From the IMG/VR virus record IMGVR_UViG_2595698409_000001: 64,000 nucleotides of DNA, one strand, 5' to 3'. Under the pieces are notes generated by a model that had not been told where the DNA came from, did not search any database, and was given only the letters and a program-made list of their open reading frames with translations. Below, piece after piece: positions 26,810 through 37,220 of this stretch (position 1 is the first letter of the stretch; every line of letters starts with the position of its first letter). The translations under genes were made by a program, and so were the position numbers. The DNA comes from a virus.

Positions 26810-29800
26810 ATGGCAAATAGAATTCAATTAAGGAGAGGTGGAGCTCAAGAATGGGCAAACGCAAACCCAACTCTTGCTCAAGGAGAATTGGGAGTTGAGC
26901 TAGATACTGGTCGTATTAAAATCGGTGATGGTGTTTCGGGTTGGAATAACCTTAGGTATGAAAGACCTATTGAATCCACATCCAATACCGCAGAAACTCT
27001 CGTGCAGAGGGATGCTGATGGTAATTTTTCCGCAGGCACTGTTACTGCAACACTAATTGGTAATGCTTCTACTGCTTCTCGTTTTGCTTCTACCCGTCAG
27101 ATTCAATTAGCAAACGTTGGTAGTACTGTATCTGATGTTTTAGGAAGTGATACCTTTGACGGATCCCAAAACGTTGTAATTGCAGCGGAGTTAAGAGTAT
27201 TACCGACTCTGCCACATTATGATGGCACAGATGCACCCACTAGATATTACACTAAGGTAGAAGTTGACGCAAAAGGGCGTGTAATCAGAGGTAACACTCC
27301 AGAGCAGTTGACATTAGCAGACTATGGATTGGATGGTAATAATCCTGCTGTAGGTCAAGTGAATGCTGATCTAGCACAACCTTGGGATGCAGACTTACAA
27401 GCTCTTGCAGATAATAATGATAACGGCATTGTTATCAGAAGACAGGCAGGTGCAATTTCAATTAGAGAAATTGTTGGTAACTATGAAATTAATATTGATG
27501 ATGGTGATGGTGTTAATGGAAATCCAACTTTAAGATTAATTAATACTTTAGTTGTCCCAGATCCTGTAACTTATGATGATGGTGATTACAATACAGAGTC
27601 ATTAACATCTGTAACTACTACTGGTCCAAAGGGAGAGTTAGTTGGCACCGAAACTGTAAACGCTACAAAATTTACAGTTGATAAAAAGGGTCGCTTAACA
27701 AGTGCAACAAATCTGCCTATTGCTACTGCTACCGAGGGTAGTAAGTATGCGACATATAATCATAATTTACAGTATGCTAGATATGATATTGTTGATCATC
27801 TTGGTAATCTATATCAAGCACTCGCGCAAATGGGTACGGGATATGCCGTTCCCTTTGGTCCAGTTCATACTTCTGGAGATGCATATAGTTGGAGATATCT
27901 CGGTCCTGCACTGACAGAGCAGAAAGGACTTGCTTCTTTCGCACAAGAAGATTTCGACGTTGACAGCAACGGGCATGTCACAATTGCTGCAGTAGGTGTT
28001 GATAACCTACAACTACAAAATAATAGAGTCTCTTTTGCTGATGGAAATACAAAAGAAGATTTTGAGCTTGATCAAGAGCTTACTGCAACCACTGGATACA
28101 GAGGATTCAATTATCTTAACTATATTAAAGTTAATGATACGAGCGGTAATCTACTCGTTGGCGCTAATAATACGGGGGACGGCGGAGCTGGCGAACTTGA
28201 TGTTAACGTACGGTCGTATTTCTCTGACGCTGATATTACTCTTGACGGCGCTCTTAATCAGACATTGGATAAGACTGGGGATGGTAACTTTACCTTCCAG
28301 TTAAGTCAGAATACTGCTACAAATAGAAACTTTAACATTCTGACAACTAATGCTGGTTCTGGATCCAGCAACATTATTATTACTGCTGAAGATACTATAC
28401 AGATTAGTGCATCAGAAGCAACTGGTAAGGTACATGTAGAGGATGCAAGATTCCAAGATAATTACATCGCCACAACCAATGCGACGATGAATCTGGATCC
28501 TGGTGATGATCGTGCTGCTACAGGAACAGTTAGAGTCTGGGGTAACCTTCAGATTGATGGCACTACCACCACTGTAAACTCAACAACTGTCACAGTTGAT
28601 GATCCTATCATCACTCTTGGTGGAGATACTGCACCTACAACTGACGATAATTTAGATCGTGGTGTTGAGTTTAGATATTACGACACTGAAGCACGCTTAG
28701 GTTTCTATGGTTGGGATACTAACTACACCGATTTGGGTGGTCATGGTGGCGGATATCGTTTCCTTCATGCTGCTACAAATACTACTGAAGTCTTTAGTGG
28801 CACCGATTCTGGTATCATTGCAGGTAACGTAAAACTTACAACTGGCACCAACTCAACTACTAATACAACTGGTGATTTGGTAGTTGCTGGTGGTGTTGGT
28901 ATTACTCAGGATGTAAACATCGGCGGTTTGTTGGATGTTGATGGCACATTCAGAGCAAATAGCACATCTCGTTTCGACGATACGATGGTGCTCCGTGCTG
29001 CTTCTAAGTCACTACAATTCCAGAATGGTGCAGGCACTGTTAAGTCCGAGATTCATACAACTTCAGGTAATGCTGAGTTTGGTGGTATCTTAACAGTTAC
29101 TGGTGCTACTGACCTCAATAGCACATTGAATGTTGCTAGTTCTGTCCACTTTGAAGCAACTGATGAACCCACCTTTGCATTGAATAGTGAAACTGGTGTT
29201 TGGGAAATTCAATCTGCTGACTATGGATCATTCCGATTTGATGGTGGTGGATATATTGCTGGCGACTTTATGTTTGACAGCGACGTTGTTATCAACGGCA
29301 CTATTCTACAGAAAGAATCTGCTGCAGAAGACTTCAACGAGCAAAACTTCCTGAGAGTTCGTCGTAAGTTTGAATCTGGATCCGTCCAGGTTCTAACCCC
29401 TAGTTATGCTTCACATACTACCTCAAACGCTAGAATCTTTGGTGGTGCTGGTATCGGCACTACTCTTCATATCGGCGGCACATCTTCCAACGAAGGTCTG
29501 TTTATTGGTAAGAAAGTCAATTCCGATACGGTCAAATTCTCTGTCCTAGGTGCATCTGGTAACACTGATATTGAAGGCACTCTCAATGTTGAGGGTGAAG
29601 TTACTATTCAAGATAGTGTAATTATCAATGCTGCCAACGAAGTATTCTCTATTAGAAATGGTTCTGGTGTTGCTAAGTTTGATGTTGATACTGATAACGG
29701 CAATACCTTAATTGAAGGGACGTTAAATGTTAATGGCACTGTCGATGTTGATGCAGACTTTGCTGTCAGAAACGGCACGACGGATAAATTCTTCGTTGAT

Positions 29801-31852
29801 AATGTAACTGGCAATACTGATATCCAAGGCACACTGGATGTCAATGGTGCAACTGAGATTACAAATACTCTGGATGTCAGCAACGCTGTAACATTCGATC
29901 AGACACTGTTAGTCCAAGGCAACTCTGAGTTTAACGGCACTGTTGATGTTGATGCTAACTTCGCTGTTAGAAGTGGTAACACGGACAAGATGACCGTGAA
30001 GTCTTCATCAGGTAACATTGCAACGGACGGCACACTGGTTGTCCAAGGTCAAACAACCATCAACGATTCACTGATTGTCGATGCTTCCAATGAAGTCTTC
30101 TCTATCAGAAACGGATCTGCTGTTGAGAAGTTTGGTGTTGATGCCGATAACGGCAATACAAATATCATTGGCACCCTGACTGTTGGTGATGCAACTCAGA
30201 TTAATGACACCCTTGGCGTCTCTAATGTTGTAACCTTCACAAGAAATACCCAACAAACTCTAACTGGTTCTTATGCTGCTGATGGTGCATTCCGTCTGAC
30301 TGGTGGTGCTGCTATTGGTAAGAATCTTGCAGTTAGTGGTGATGCTAGAGTTTATGGCGGCACTGAATTAACTGGTGCTCTGGATCTTAACAATAGTGCA
30401 GACATCTCTGGTGCTCTGGTAACTCACGACAATGTAACTATCACTGCAAATAACAAAACATTTGCTATCCAAAATGGATCTGCTGCTAACAAACTTACAG
30501 TAGATACTGATAATGGTAACACTGATATTCGTGGCACCCTAGACATTGGTGGTGATGTAACTGCTGAGTCCAATCTTACTGTTACTGGAAACCTTACTAT
30601 CAATGGAACGACCACTACTGTCAATTCTACGGTCACAACTCTCGATGACCCTATTATTACTGTGGGTGGTGACACAGCACCAGCGTCTAACGATGGTAAG
30701 GATCGTGGTGTTGAATTCCGTTATTACGACAGCTCTGCGAAAGTTGGCTTCTTCGGATACGATAGATCCGCCAACCAATTCGCATTCGTAGTAGATGCAA
30801 CTAACTCATCAGAAGTCCTTTCAGGCACTGATGGTGCTCTCCGTGCTGGCAGTCTGAATCTTACTGGTTCTGGCACCACTCTTGATGTTGATGCCAATGC
30901 TAACATTGATGGCACTCTGACTGTAGATGGTCAAATCATCTCTCAAGTTTCTTCTGGTCCTGCACTGGTTATTCCTACAACCAATAAGATTAACAATCTG
31001 AATGCTGACCTTCTGGACAGCATGACAACTGCTTCTACAGCAACTGCAACTACTGTTGTTGCTCGTGACTCTAGTGGAGACTTTGCTGCAAATATCATTA
31101 CGGTTGCTTCTGGTGTAGGTGCTGCTGCTGGTATTCAAGGTAATGCAACAACTGCAGATGCACTGAGGACTGCAAGGACAATCACTGTTGATGGTGTAGT
31201 TGATGGTAGTGTATCCTTTAACGGATCTGCTGATGTTACTATTAGCACTACTTACAATGATGCAGACATCACTGCGCTCGCCGCTATGGCAGGCACTGGT
31301 CTAGTAGCAAGGACTGCTGCTAATACTTACGCACAACGCTCTGTGACCGCCACAGCGTCCTCTGGTATCACTGTTACTAATGCTGATGGTGTATCGGGCA
31401 ATATCACCATTAACGTCGCTTCTGCAAGCAGCAACTCAGCAAACAACCTTGTCATTCGTGATGCTTCTGGTGATTTTGCTGCCAATGAAATTACTGCTGA
31501 TTTGATTGGTGGTGTAACGGGTGACGTTGTTGGTAACGTAACTGGTAATCTCCAAGGTAGTGCATCTCAGGTTGATACCGTCACTGCATCCAGTGCCAAT
31601 GCCGCTTATCATCTGACGATGGTTGACCAACATAATACTGTTGCGAATAACGAAACCATTAATACAGACCAAAGTCTGACTTATAATCCATCTACTAATC
31701 GCCTAAAGACTAAACTTGAATTACAGACAGATGCTGCACCCGCCAGTGCAACAGCAACTGGTACTGTTGGCGAAATTCGTTACGATGCAAACTATATTTA
31801 CATCTGTGTTGCTACTGACACCTGGAAAAGATCCACCCTCGATACTTGGTAA
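26810..31852 (+). CDS. Long tail fibre protein
   Basis: N-terminus RIQLRRG...W...NPTLAQGELGVELDTGRIKIGDG (Mtd-N-like); YTKVEVDAKGRV motif; many beta-repeats; C-terminus GEIRYDANYIYICVATDTWKR. Confidence 0.8.
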   Translation: MANRIQLRRGGAQEWANANPTLAQGELGVELDTGRIKIGDGVSGWNNLRYERPIESTSNTAETLVQRDADGNFSAGTVTATLIGNASTASRFASTRQIQLANVGSTVSDVLGSDTFDGSQNVVIAAELRVLPTLPHYDGTDAPTRYYTKVEVDAKGRVIRGNTPEQLTLADYGLDGNNPAVGQVNADLAQPWDADLQALADNNDNGIVIRRQAGAISIREIVGNYEINIDDGDGVNGNPTLRLINTLVVPDPVTYDDGDYNTESLTSVTTTGPKGELVGTETVNATKFTVDKKGRLTSATNLPIATATEGSKYATYNHNLQYARYDIVDHLGNLYQALAQMGTGYAVPFGPVHTSGDAYSWRYLGPALTEQKGLASFAQEDFDVDSNGHVTIAAVGVDNLQLQNNRVSFADGNTKEDFELDQELTATTGYRGFNYLNYIKVNDTSGNLLVGANNTGDGGAGELDVNVRSYFSDADITLDGALNQTLDKTGDGNFTFQLSQNTATNRNFNILTTNAGSGSSNIIITAEDTIQISASEATGKVHVEDARFQDNYIATTNATMNLDPGDDRAATGTVRVWGNLQIDGTTTTVNSTTVTVDDPIITLGGDTAPTTDDNLDRGVEFRYYDTEARLGFYGWDTNYTDLGGHGGGYRFLHAATNTTEVFSGTDSGIIAGNVKLTTGTNSTTNTTGDLVVAGGVGITQDVNIGGLLDVDGTFRANSTSRFDDTMVLRAASKSLQFQNGAGTVKSEIHTTSGNAEFGGILTVTGATDLNSTLNVASSVHFEATDEPTFALNSETGVWEIQSADYGSFRFDGGGYIAGDFMFDSDVVINGTILQKESAAEDFNEQNFLRVRRKFESGSVQVLTPSYASHTTSNARIFGGAGIGTTLHIGGTSSNEGLFIGKKVNSDTVKFSVLGASGNTDIEGTLNVEGEVTIQDSVIINAANEVFSIRNGSGVAKFDVDTDNGNTLIEGTLNVNGTVDVDADFAVRNGTTDKFFVDNVTGNTDIQGTLDVNGATEITNTLDVSNAVTFDQTLLVQGNSEFNGTVDVDANFAVRSGNTDKMTVKSSSGNIATDGTLVVQGQTTINDSLIVDASNEVFSIRNGSAVEKFGVDADNGNTNIIGTLTVGDATQINDTLGVSNVVTFTRNTQQTLTGSYAADGAFRLTGGAAIGKNLAVSGDARVYGGTELTGALDLNNSADISGALVTHDNVTITANNKTFAIQNGSAANKLTVDTDNGNTDIRGTLDIGGDVTAESNLTVTGNLTINGTTTTVNSTVTTLDDPIITVGGDTAPASNDGKDRGVEFRYYDSSAKVGFFGYDRSANQFAFVVDATNSSEVLSGTDGALRAGSLNLTGSGTTLDVDANANIDGTLTVDGQIISQVSSGPALVIPTTNKINNLNADLLDSMTTASTATATTVVARDSSGDFAANIITVASGVGAAAGIQGNATTADALRTARTITVDGVVDGSVSFNGSADVTISTTYNDADITALAAMAGTGLVARTAANTYAQRSVTATASSGITVTNADGVSGNITINVASASSNSANNLVIRDASGDFAANEITADLIGGVTGDVVGNVTGNLQGSASQVDTVTASSANAAYHLTMVDQHNTVANNETINTDQSLTYNPSTNRLKTKLELQTDAAPASATATGTVGEIRYDANYIYICVATDTWKRSTLDTW

Positions 31853-31857
31853 ATTAA

Positions 31858-32664
31858 ATGTCCGCTACAAGACCCGCTACTAAAACAGAGTTAAAAAACT
31901 ATGCTCTTCGTAGATTAGGTTTTCCTGCCATCGATATTAACGTGTGCGATGAGCAACTGGATGACTTGATTGAAGAAGCAATCGATTACTATCAAGAGTT
32001 TGCATATAACGGCAGTTATAAAGCATTCATCAAGATTGAAGTAACCGATGCTATTAAGACTGCTACCAAAACTGGCAGTGCTTTAGGTTCTACAGATTGG
32101 ACAGAAGGGAATGAATATGTATCACTTCCCCCTGGAGTCTTGGCGGTCAATCATGTCTATAGTCAAATTGGTGCTTCAAGTATTACCCCTGGTAATATTT
32201 TCAATATCAAGTATCAGATTTTCTTGAATGATATCTATGCAATGACACATGGACAAATCCTCCATTACTTTATGACTTCACAATATCTGGAGACTCTAGA
32301 TTTTGTGACTAACTCAGATAGAAATCGTAGAGTTAGATTTAATGAATATCAAGGAAGACTTTATCTAGATTTTGATTGGTCAAATCTTCAAACTGGTAAT
32401 CAGATTGTAGTAGAAGTTATGATGCGTCAAGATCCAGATACTTATACTGCGATGTATAATGATGCCTGGTTGAAGGATTATGTTGAGGCATTATTCCAAC
32501 AGCAATGGGGGCGCAACCTTAGTAAGTATGATGGCATTCAAATGCTTGGTGGTGTGACTCTCAATGGTCGTCAAATTCTTGAAGATGCAAGTCAATTTAA
32601 GAAAGATCTTGAAGCAGATATTCGCAAGACTTACGAACTCCCACCAATGGATTTAATCGGTTGA
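31858..32664 (+). CDS. gp13: Neck protein gp13
   Basis: ELKNYALRRLGFPAIDINV..EQLDDLIEEA; QQWGRNLSKYDGIQMLGGVTLNG. Confidence 0.92.
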   Translation: MSATRPATKTELKNYALRRLGFPAIDINVCDEQLDDLIEEAIDYYQEFAYNGSYKAFIKIEVTDAIKTATKTGSALGSTDWTEGNEYVSLPPGVLAVNHVYSQIGASSITPGNIFNIKYQIFLNDIYAMTHGQILHYFMTSQYLETLDFVTNSDRNRRVRFNEYQGRLYLDFDWSNLQTGNQIVVEVMMRQDPDTYTAMYNDAWLKDYVEALFQQQWGRNLSKYDGIQMLGGVTLNGRQILEDASQFKKDLEADIRKTYELPPMDLIG

Positions 32665-32665
32665 T

Positions 32666-34126
32666 ATGACTTACAGAAACGATCCCCCAGAAAATTGCAT
32701 TCAGTCGGACTATACTAGTAGTTGCCGACTAAATCTAAACGGTTCTTCCCAGGAACAAATGTTTATGGGCAATCTGATCATTGAGAGTATTGAGCTCTAT
32801 GGTCAGGATATCTATTATCTGCCTAGAACATATGTCAATAGAGATACAATTTTAAACGAAGTTGAAACTAGCAATTTTACACAGGCACTTTCAATTAGAG
32901 CATATGTTAATAATGTAGAGGGATGGGAAGGTCAAGGAGATCTTTTGAGTAAGTTTGGTGTCCGTATTGAAGACAAGACTACCTTTATCTTTTCTAGAAG
33001 TAAATTTACTGAGAAGGTAGATGATAATGCAGCATTGAATGTGGAGGGTCGTCCTAATGAGGGTGACCTTATTTGGTTTCCAACAACAAACCATTTGTTT
33101 GAAATTCAATTTGTTGAAGCAGAAAGACCTTTCTATCAGTTAGGTAAGGGTTATGTCTGGGAATGTCAGTGCGAACTCTTTGAGTACAGTGACGAACAAC
33201 TTGACACAGGTGTCGCAGCAATTGATGCTATCGAAACTGCTTTTGCTAATTCCATTAAGTTGGTTATGGATGCGGGTGGCACTGGAGCATTTACAGTGGG
33301 TGAAGAAATCGTTGGCGATCTCTACTTGGCTAAAGCGACTGCGACCTTAACAAGTGGTGTTGTTAGTGCAATTACACTTACAGACGGTGGTGAGTATTAT
33401 AAATCTGCTTTACCACCGACAGTTACCATTAGTGATCCACCAGCATCTGGGGGAATTACTGCATTTAGCACATCCACAGACACAGGATCATATTCAAATC
33501 CAACAGGAACTGGTTACACAGTTGGAACTTATACAACAACTAATCTCACTGGTACTGGATCTGGAGCAATTGCTACCGTTAGTGGTGTTAATGGTAGTGG
33601 AGGTCTAACTGTATCTGGTGGAGATCTATCTTTAACTAATCTCACTGGTACTGGATATAGCACTGGTGATGTTCTTAGAATTAATGGCGGAGATGATAAT
33701 GCTCATATCAGGGTTGTTAGTGTTGGTATAACAAGTCCTGCATCTGCAACCGCAACAGTTAGCTCTGCTGGCATCGTCACTGACATTACTATTACATCTG
33801 GTGGTACTGGTTACACTAGTGTTCCAACAGTCACAATCGACTACTCACCAAAAGACTCCAGAGCAGAAGTCAAGTCCTGGAATGCTTCTACAAGAGAGCT
33901 CCAAGTTATCAACCGCACAGGAACTTTTAACACTGCAGAGACCATAACTGGTCTCACATCTGGTGCTAGGTGGAGTCCTGAGTCTTATAACACTCTAAAT
34001 AATACTAATACCGCTGATAGCATTGACCAAAACTATAGTTTTGAAACTGCTGACGACGATATTATAGATTTTACTGAGGGTAATCCCTTTGGTTCTATTG
34101 GGTCCGTTACTGATACTACAATCTGA
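32666..34126 (+). CDS. gp14: Neck protein gp14 with an internal Gly/Thr-rich insertion
   Basis: ESIELYGQDIYYLPR, RPNEGDLIWFP, FYQLGKGYVW...CELFEYS; C-terminus DFTEGNPFG. Confidence 0.9.
   Translation: MTYRNDPPENCIQSDYTSSCRLNLNGSSQEQMFMGNLIIESIELYGQDIYYLPRTYVNRDTILNEVETSNFTQALSIRAYVNNVEGWEGQGDLLSKFGVRIEDKTTFIFSRSKFTEKVDDNAALNVEGRPNEGDLIWFPTTNHLFEIQFVEAERPFYQLGKGYVWECQCELFEYSDEQLDTGVAAIDAIETAFANSIKLVMDAGGTGAFTVGEEIVGDLYLAKATATLTSGVVSAITLTDGGEYYKSALPPTVTISDPPASGGITAFSTSTDTGSYSNPTGTGYTVGTYTTTNLTGTGSGAIATVSGVNGSGGLTVSGGDLSLTNLTGTGYSTGDVLRINGGDDNAHIRVVSVGITSPASATATVSSAGIVTDITITSGGTGYTSVPTVTIDYSPKDSRAEVKSWNASTRELQVINRTGTFNTAETITGLTSGARWSPESYNTLNNTNTADSIDQNYSFETADDDIIDFTEGNPFGSIGSVTDTTI
33995..34001 (+). 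promoter_or_regulatory. Late promoter variant (CTAAATA) inside the gp14 3' end
   Basis: CTAAATA about 125 nt upstream of gp15; the same variant precedes gp19, the 46168 ORF and gp3. Confidence 0.5.
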
Positions 34127-34911
34127 TGCTAGGCACATATTCATATCACGAAATTTTTAGAAAAACTATTGTGGCGTTTGGCACGCTATTTAATAATATA
34201 GAAATTCGTCGCTCTACTGAAGTGATGAAAGTGCCTCTAGCATATGGTCCTAAGCAAAAATTCTTAGCACGTCTTGATCAGACACCCGATCCTACAAACG
34301 TAAGAACTCAGATCACTCTTCCTAGAATCTCATTTGAGATTAATGGTATAAGTTATGATTCCAGTAGAAAGGTATCTCCAACTCAAAAGATTAAGATTGC
34401 TAAAGACACCGATGAAAATAAGAACGTGTATATGCCCGTTCCTTATAACTTATCATTTGAGTTAGCAATTATTTCTAAAAATCAAGAAGATGGACTAGAA
34501 ATTCTTGAGCAAATTTTACCAGTTTTTCAACCACACTACAATCTACCAATAAAATTATTGGCAGATATGAATGAAGTAAAGGACGTTCCTGTAGTTTTAA
34601 GTAATGTTGATTATGAAGATGACTATGAAGGAGATTTTTCTACTCGTAGAGCAGTCATTTATACTCTTCAATTTACTTGCAAGACGTATCTATATGGTCC
34701 TGTTACAGATGCGAAGATTATTAAGAAAGCAATTACAGACATTTACAGCGATACAAATACTGCTAGCGCACCGAGAGATGTCCGTTATACTATTCAACCA
34801 GATCCGTTAGACGCTGATGCTGATGATGATTTTGGATTTAGTGAATTGAAAGCAGAGTTTGTTGATAACAAGAAACGTAATCCCGTAAGCGGAGTGGATG
34901 AGGATATTTAA
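34126..34911 (+). CDS. gp15: Tail sheath stabilizer/completion protein gp15
   Basis: RKTIVAFGTLFNNI, VPLAYGPKQKFLARL, LPRISFE, EQILPVFQP. Confidence 0.92.
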   Translation: MLGTYSYHEIFRKTIVAFGTLFNNIEIRRSTEVMKVPLAYGPKQKFLARLDQTPDPTNVRTQITLPRISFEINGISYDSSRKVSPTQKIKIAKDTDENKNVYMPVPYNLSFELAIISKNQEDGLEILEQILPVFQPHYNLPIKLLADMNEVKDVPVVLSNVDYEDDYEGDFSTRRAVIYTLQFTCKTYLYGPVTDAKIIKKAITDIYSDTNTASAPRDVRYTIQPDPLDADADDDFGFSELKAEFVDNKKRNPVSGVDEDI

Positions 34912-34913
34912 TT

Positions 34914-35342
34914 ATGGCAACATTTGATGGACTAAATGATGCTTTTGGAGCAGAACCTTCGGATCTTCAGAAACATGTGGATAAAGTGAAACCAGAACTG
35001 AAAAAATCAGACACTCCTGATGTGAGGCAGGATTATGAGTATTCTCGTGCTCAACTTCACAACCTAGTAATGAAAGGACAGGAGGCAGTAGATGGCATAC
35101 TTGACGTGGCACGAGCGTCAGATCATCCTCGTGCTTATGAAGTTGCAGGTCAACTTATTAAACATGTAGCAGATACTGCAGATAAACTTATTGACTTACA
35201 AAAGAAGATGAAGGATTTAGATGCAGAAGATAAGAAGTCTGGCCCGTCTACTGTTAATAACACGATGTTTATTGGCAGTACTACGGACTTACAAAAGATG
35301 TTAAAGAAGCAAAAAGAGATAAATAATACCGACACGAACTAA
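34914..35342 (+). CDS. gp16: Terminase small subunit gp16
   Basis: DYEYSRAQL..L...G.EA; HPRAYEVAGQLIK; NNTMFIGSTTDLQKML. Confidence 0.92.
   Translation: MATFDGLNDAFGAEPSDLQKHVDKVKPELKKSDTPDVRQDYEYSRAQLHNLVMKGQEAVDGILDVARASDHPRAYEVAGQLIKHVADTADKLIDLQKKMKDLDAEDKKSGPSTVNNTMFIGSTTDLQKMLKKQKEINNTDTN
35319..35325 (+). promoter_or_regulatory. Late promoter (ATAAATA)
   Basis: gATAAATAa at the 3' end of gp16, about 24 nt before the 35349 start. Confidence 0.55.
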
Positions 35343-35348
35343 CACGAC

Positions 35349-35885
35349 ATGACAGTATTAAATGTTTTAAGCACCAATGCAATTGCTGCTGATGCTACCG
35401 AGTATCAAGTTGTACAGACTGGATATTATCGCGTAGTTGCAACTGCAGGTGATGCAACTGTTGCATTCAATGGTGGTCCTGCAATCACCCTTATTCAAGA
35501 CCAAGCACTTCTACTCAAGGGTGGCAAACCTGGTCAAGCAAGAATTGTAAAAGGCGTCGATGATGCTACTGCAGATTATCAACTTGGCACAAATCTTGGC
35601 GAAGTTACCAACACACATCCATTCTCAGTAGATGACTTCATCGCTGTAGAGGATGCCAGCACATCTCCTGCAATCAATGCTGCTTTCTTGTCAGCAGGAA
35701 CAGCAGGTAAGAAAGTTACTGCTACAACAGGAAACACTATTAGCACCGATATTGATTCTTCTGCTGCATCTGCAGATTACACATATGCTTATAGTGGTCC
35801 TCAGGCAGTCGTCAAGCGTTGTGTAAGTATTGCTGCAACTGGTAATGCAATCGTCGTTGAAGAAATCCAAGTTGTAGGCGGTTAA
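35349..35885 (+). CDS. Hypothetical protein, probably virion-associated
   Basis: 178-aa Ala/Thr-rich ORF behind a late promoter. Confidence 0.7.
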   Translation: MTVLNVLSTNAIAADATEYQVVQTGYYRVVATAGDATVAFNGGPAITLIQDQALLLKGGKPGQARIVKGVDDATADYQLGTNLGEVTNTHPFSVDDFIAVEDASTSPAINAAFLSAGTAGKKVTATTGNTISTDIDSSAASADYTYAYSGPQAVVKRCVSIAATGNAIVVEEIQVVGG

Positions 35886-35886
35886 T

Positions 35887-37152
35887 ATGTCAAAAGGTTT
35901 TGCATCAGATATTCCACCTGCCCTTAATGGCACCGCTAAGAAATATATTAGGGGTATGATGAAGGGTAAGAATAGGTGGAATAAACTCTATGGAAGTCGC
36001 TCCAAAGAGGTGATGCATAAGACTGCAAACAAAATGGCTATGGGAGAGATGTCTAAAATGCCACCAACATATAACGATCTATTCGGAGAAGCAAACAAGT
36101 CTGGAGATGACTCTCTCCATGATTGGTTTAATAAGTCCAAATCTTCTGATGGTAAGAAGGGATGGGTGCAGATGGGTGGTAAGTTTGCAGGAAAACCTTG
36201 TGCAAAGCAACCTGGTCAGACTACTAAACCCAAATGTGGGTCTAGTAAAATGAAAAGAAACCTAAATAAAGGCGAAGAGGAAGCAGCATTCCGTCGCAAA
36301 AATGCTGAAGACCCAAATCCAGATAGAAAAGGGAAGGCAAAAAACGTGAAGACAGAAGAAAATATTCTAGAGCGTGCCGATATGTGGCATCCCGATCCTG
36401 AGAAGGATAAGAAACTGGGTGGTCCTGGTGCTAATGCTCGTGCCCGTGAAGATGGTGCTAGTTCTAAACCAAAACCTAAGGAAGATCCTAAGAAACTGAA
36501 GAAGGGTGAGTCCTACATGGACTACTCCAAACGTCAGAAGGCATCAAGGCAAAAGTCTGGCACTGCTACTAGTAGATTGAATGCGATGGGTGCCAACATC
36601 AAACCTAAGAAAAAATCTTTGTTGGGTAGATTGGGTCTTAGAAAAGAAGATGTTGTCAATGAGAAAGCAGGCGAGAAGGATGCTTGCTACAAGAAAGTAA
36701 AAGCAAGTGCAAAGGTATGGCCTTCTGCATATGCTAGTGGTAGATTAGTCCAGTGCCGTAAGAAAGGTGCTGCTAACTATGGTAACAAGTCTGAAGGAAT
36801 GACATTCCAACAGGTCCAAGAGAAGTGTTGGCAGGGGTATAAGCGTGTTGGTATGAAGAAAAAAGGTAATAAGATGGTTCCTAATTGTGTCCCAGAAGAA
36901 GTGCAAACTGAAGGAGCAGCCTGGACAAAAAAGTCAGGAAAGAACTCCGAAGGAGGACTTAACGAAAAAGGACGAAAGTCTTACGAAGCAGAAAATCCAG
37001 GATCTGACCTCAAAGCACCAAGCAAAAAGGTTGGAAATCCCCGCAGGGCATCCTTCTGCGCTCGAATGAAAGGCATGAGGAAGAGACAGAAAGCATCTAA
37101 CAACACTGGAGATGATCGTCTGTCTAAGTCACTAAGGAAGTGGAATTGCTGA
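35887..37152 (+). CDS. Highly basic modular protein; putative internal head polyprotein
   Basis: 421-aa Lys-rich ORF made of short modules (KDACYKKVK...WPSAYASGRLVQCRK; KCWQGYKRVGMKKKGNKMVPNCVP; AAWTKKSGKNSEGGLNEKG) separated by acidic x-x-E linkers. Confidence 0.7.
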   Translation: MSKGFASDIPPALNGTAKKYIRGMMKGKNRWNKLYGSRSKEVMHKTANKMAMGEMSKMPPTYNDLFGEANKSGDDSLHDWFNKSKSSDGKKGWVQMGGKFAGKPCAKQPGQTTKPKCGSSKMKRNLNKGEEEAAFRRKNAEDPNPDRKGKAKNVKTEENILERADMWHPDPEKDKKLGGPGANARAREDGASSKPKPKEDPKKLKKGESYMDYSKRQKASRQKSGTATSRLNAMGANIKPKKKSLLGRLGLRKEDVVNEKAGEKDACYKKVKASAKVWPSAYASGRLVQCRKKGAANYGNKSEGMTFQQVQEKCWQGYKRVGMKKKGNKMVPNCVPEEVQTEGAAWTKKSGKNSEGGLNEKGRKSYEAENPGSDLKAPSKKVGNPRRASFCARMKGMRKRQKASNNTGDDRLSKSLRKWNC

Positions 37153-37156
37153 TCAA

Positions 37157-37189
37157 TTGACAAATTGCATCACTGTGTTACAATAAATA
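37157..37189 (+). promoter_or_regulatory. Composite sigma70-type promoter with overlapping late promoter
   Basis: TTGACA (37157-62), 16 nt, TG-n-TACAAT (37179-84), overlapped by ATAAATA (37183-89). Confidence 0.65.
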
Positions 37190-37220
37190 GGTAAAACTAT
37201 ACCACGAGGATACTGCAGCA

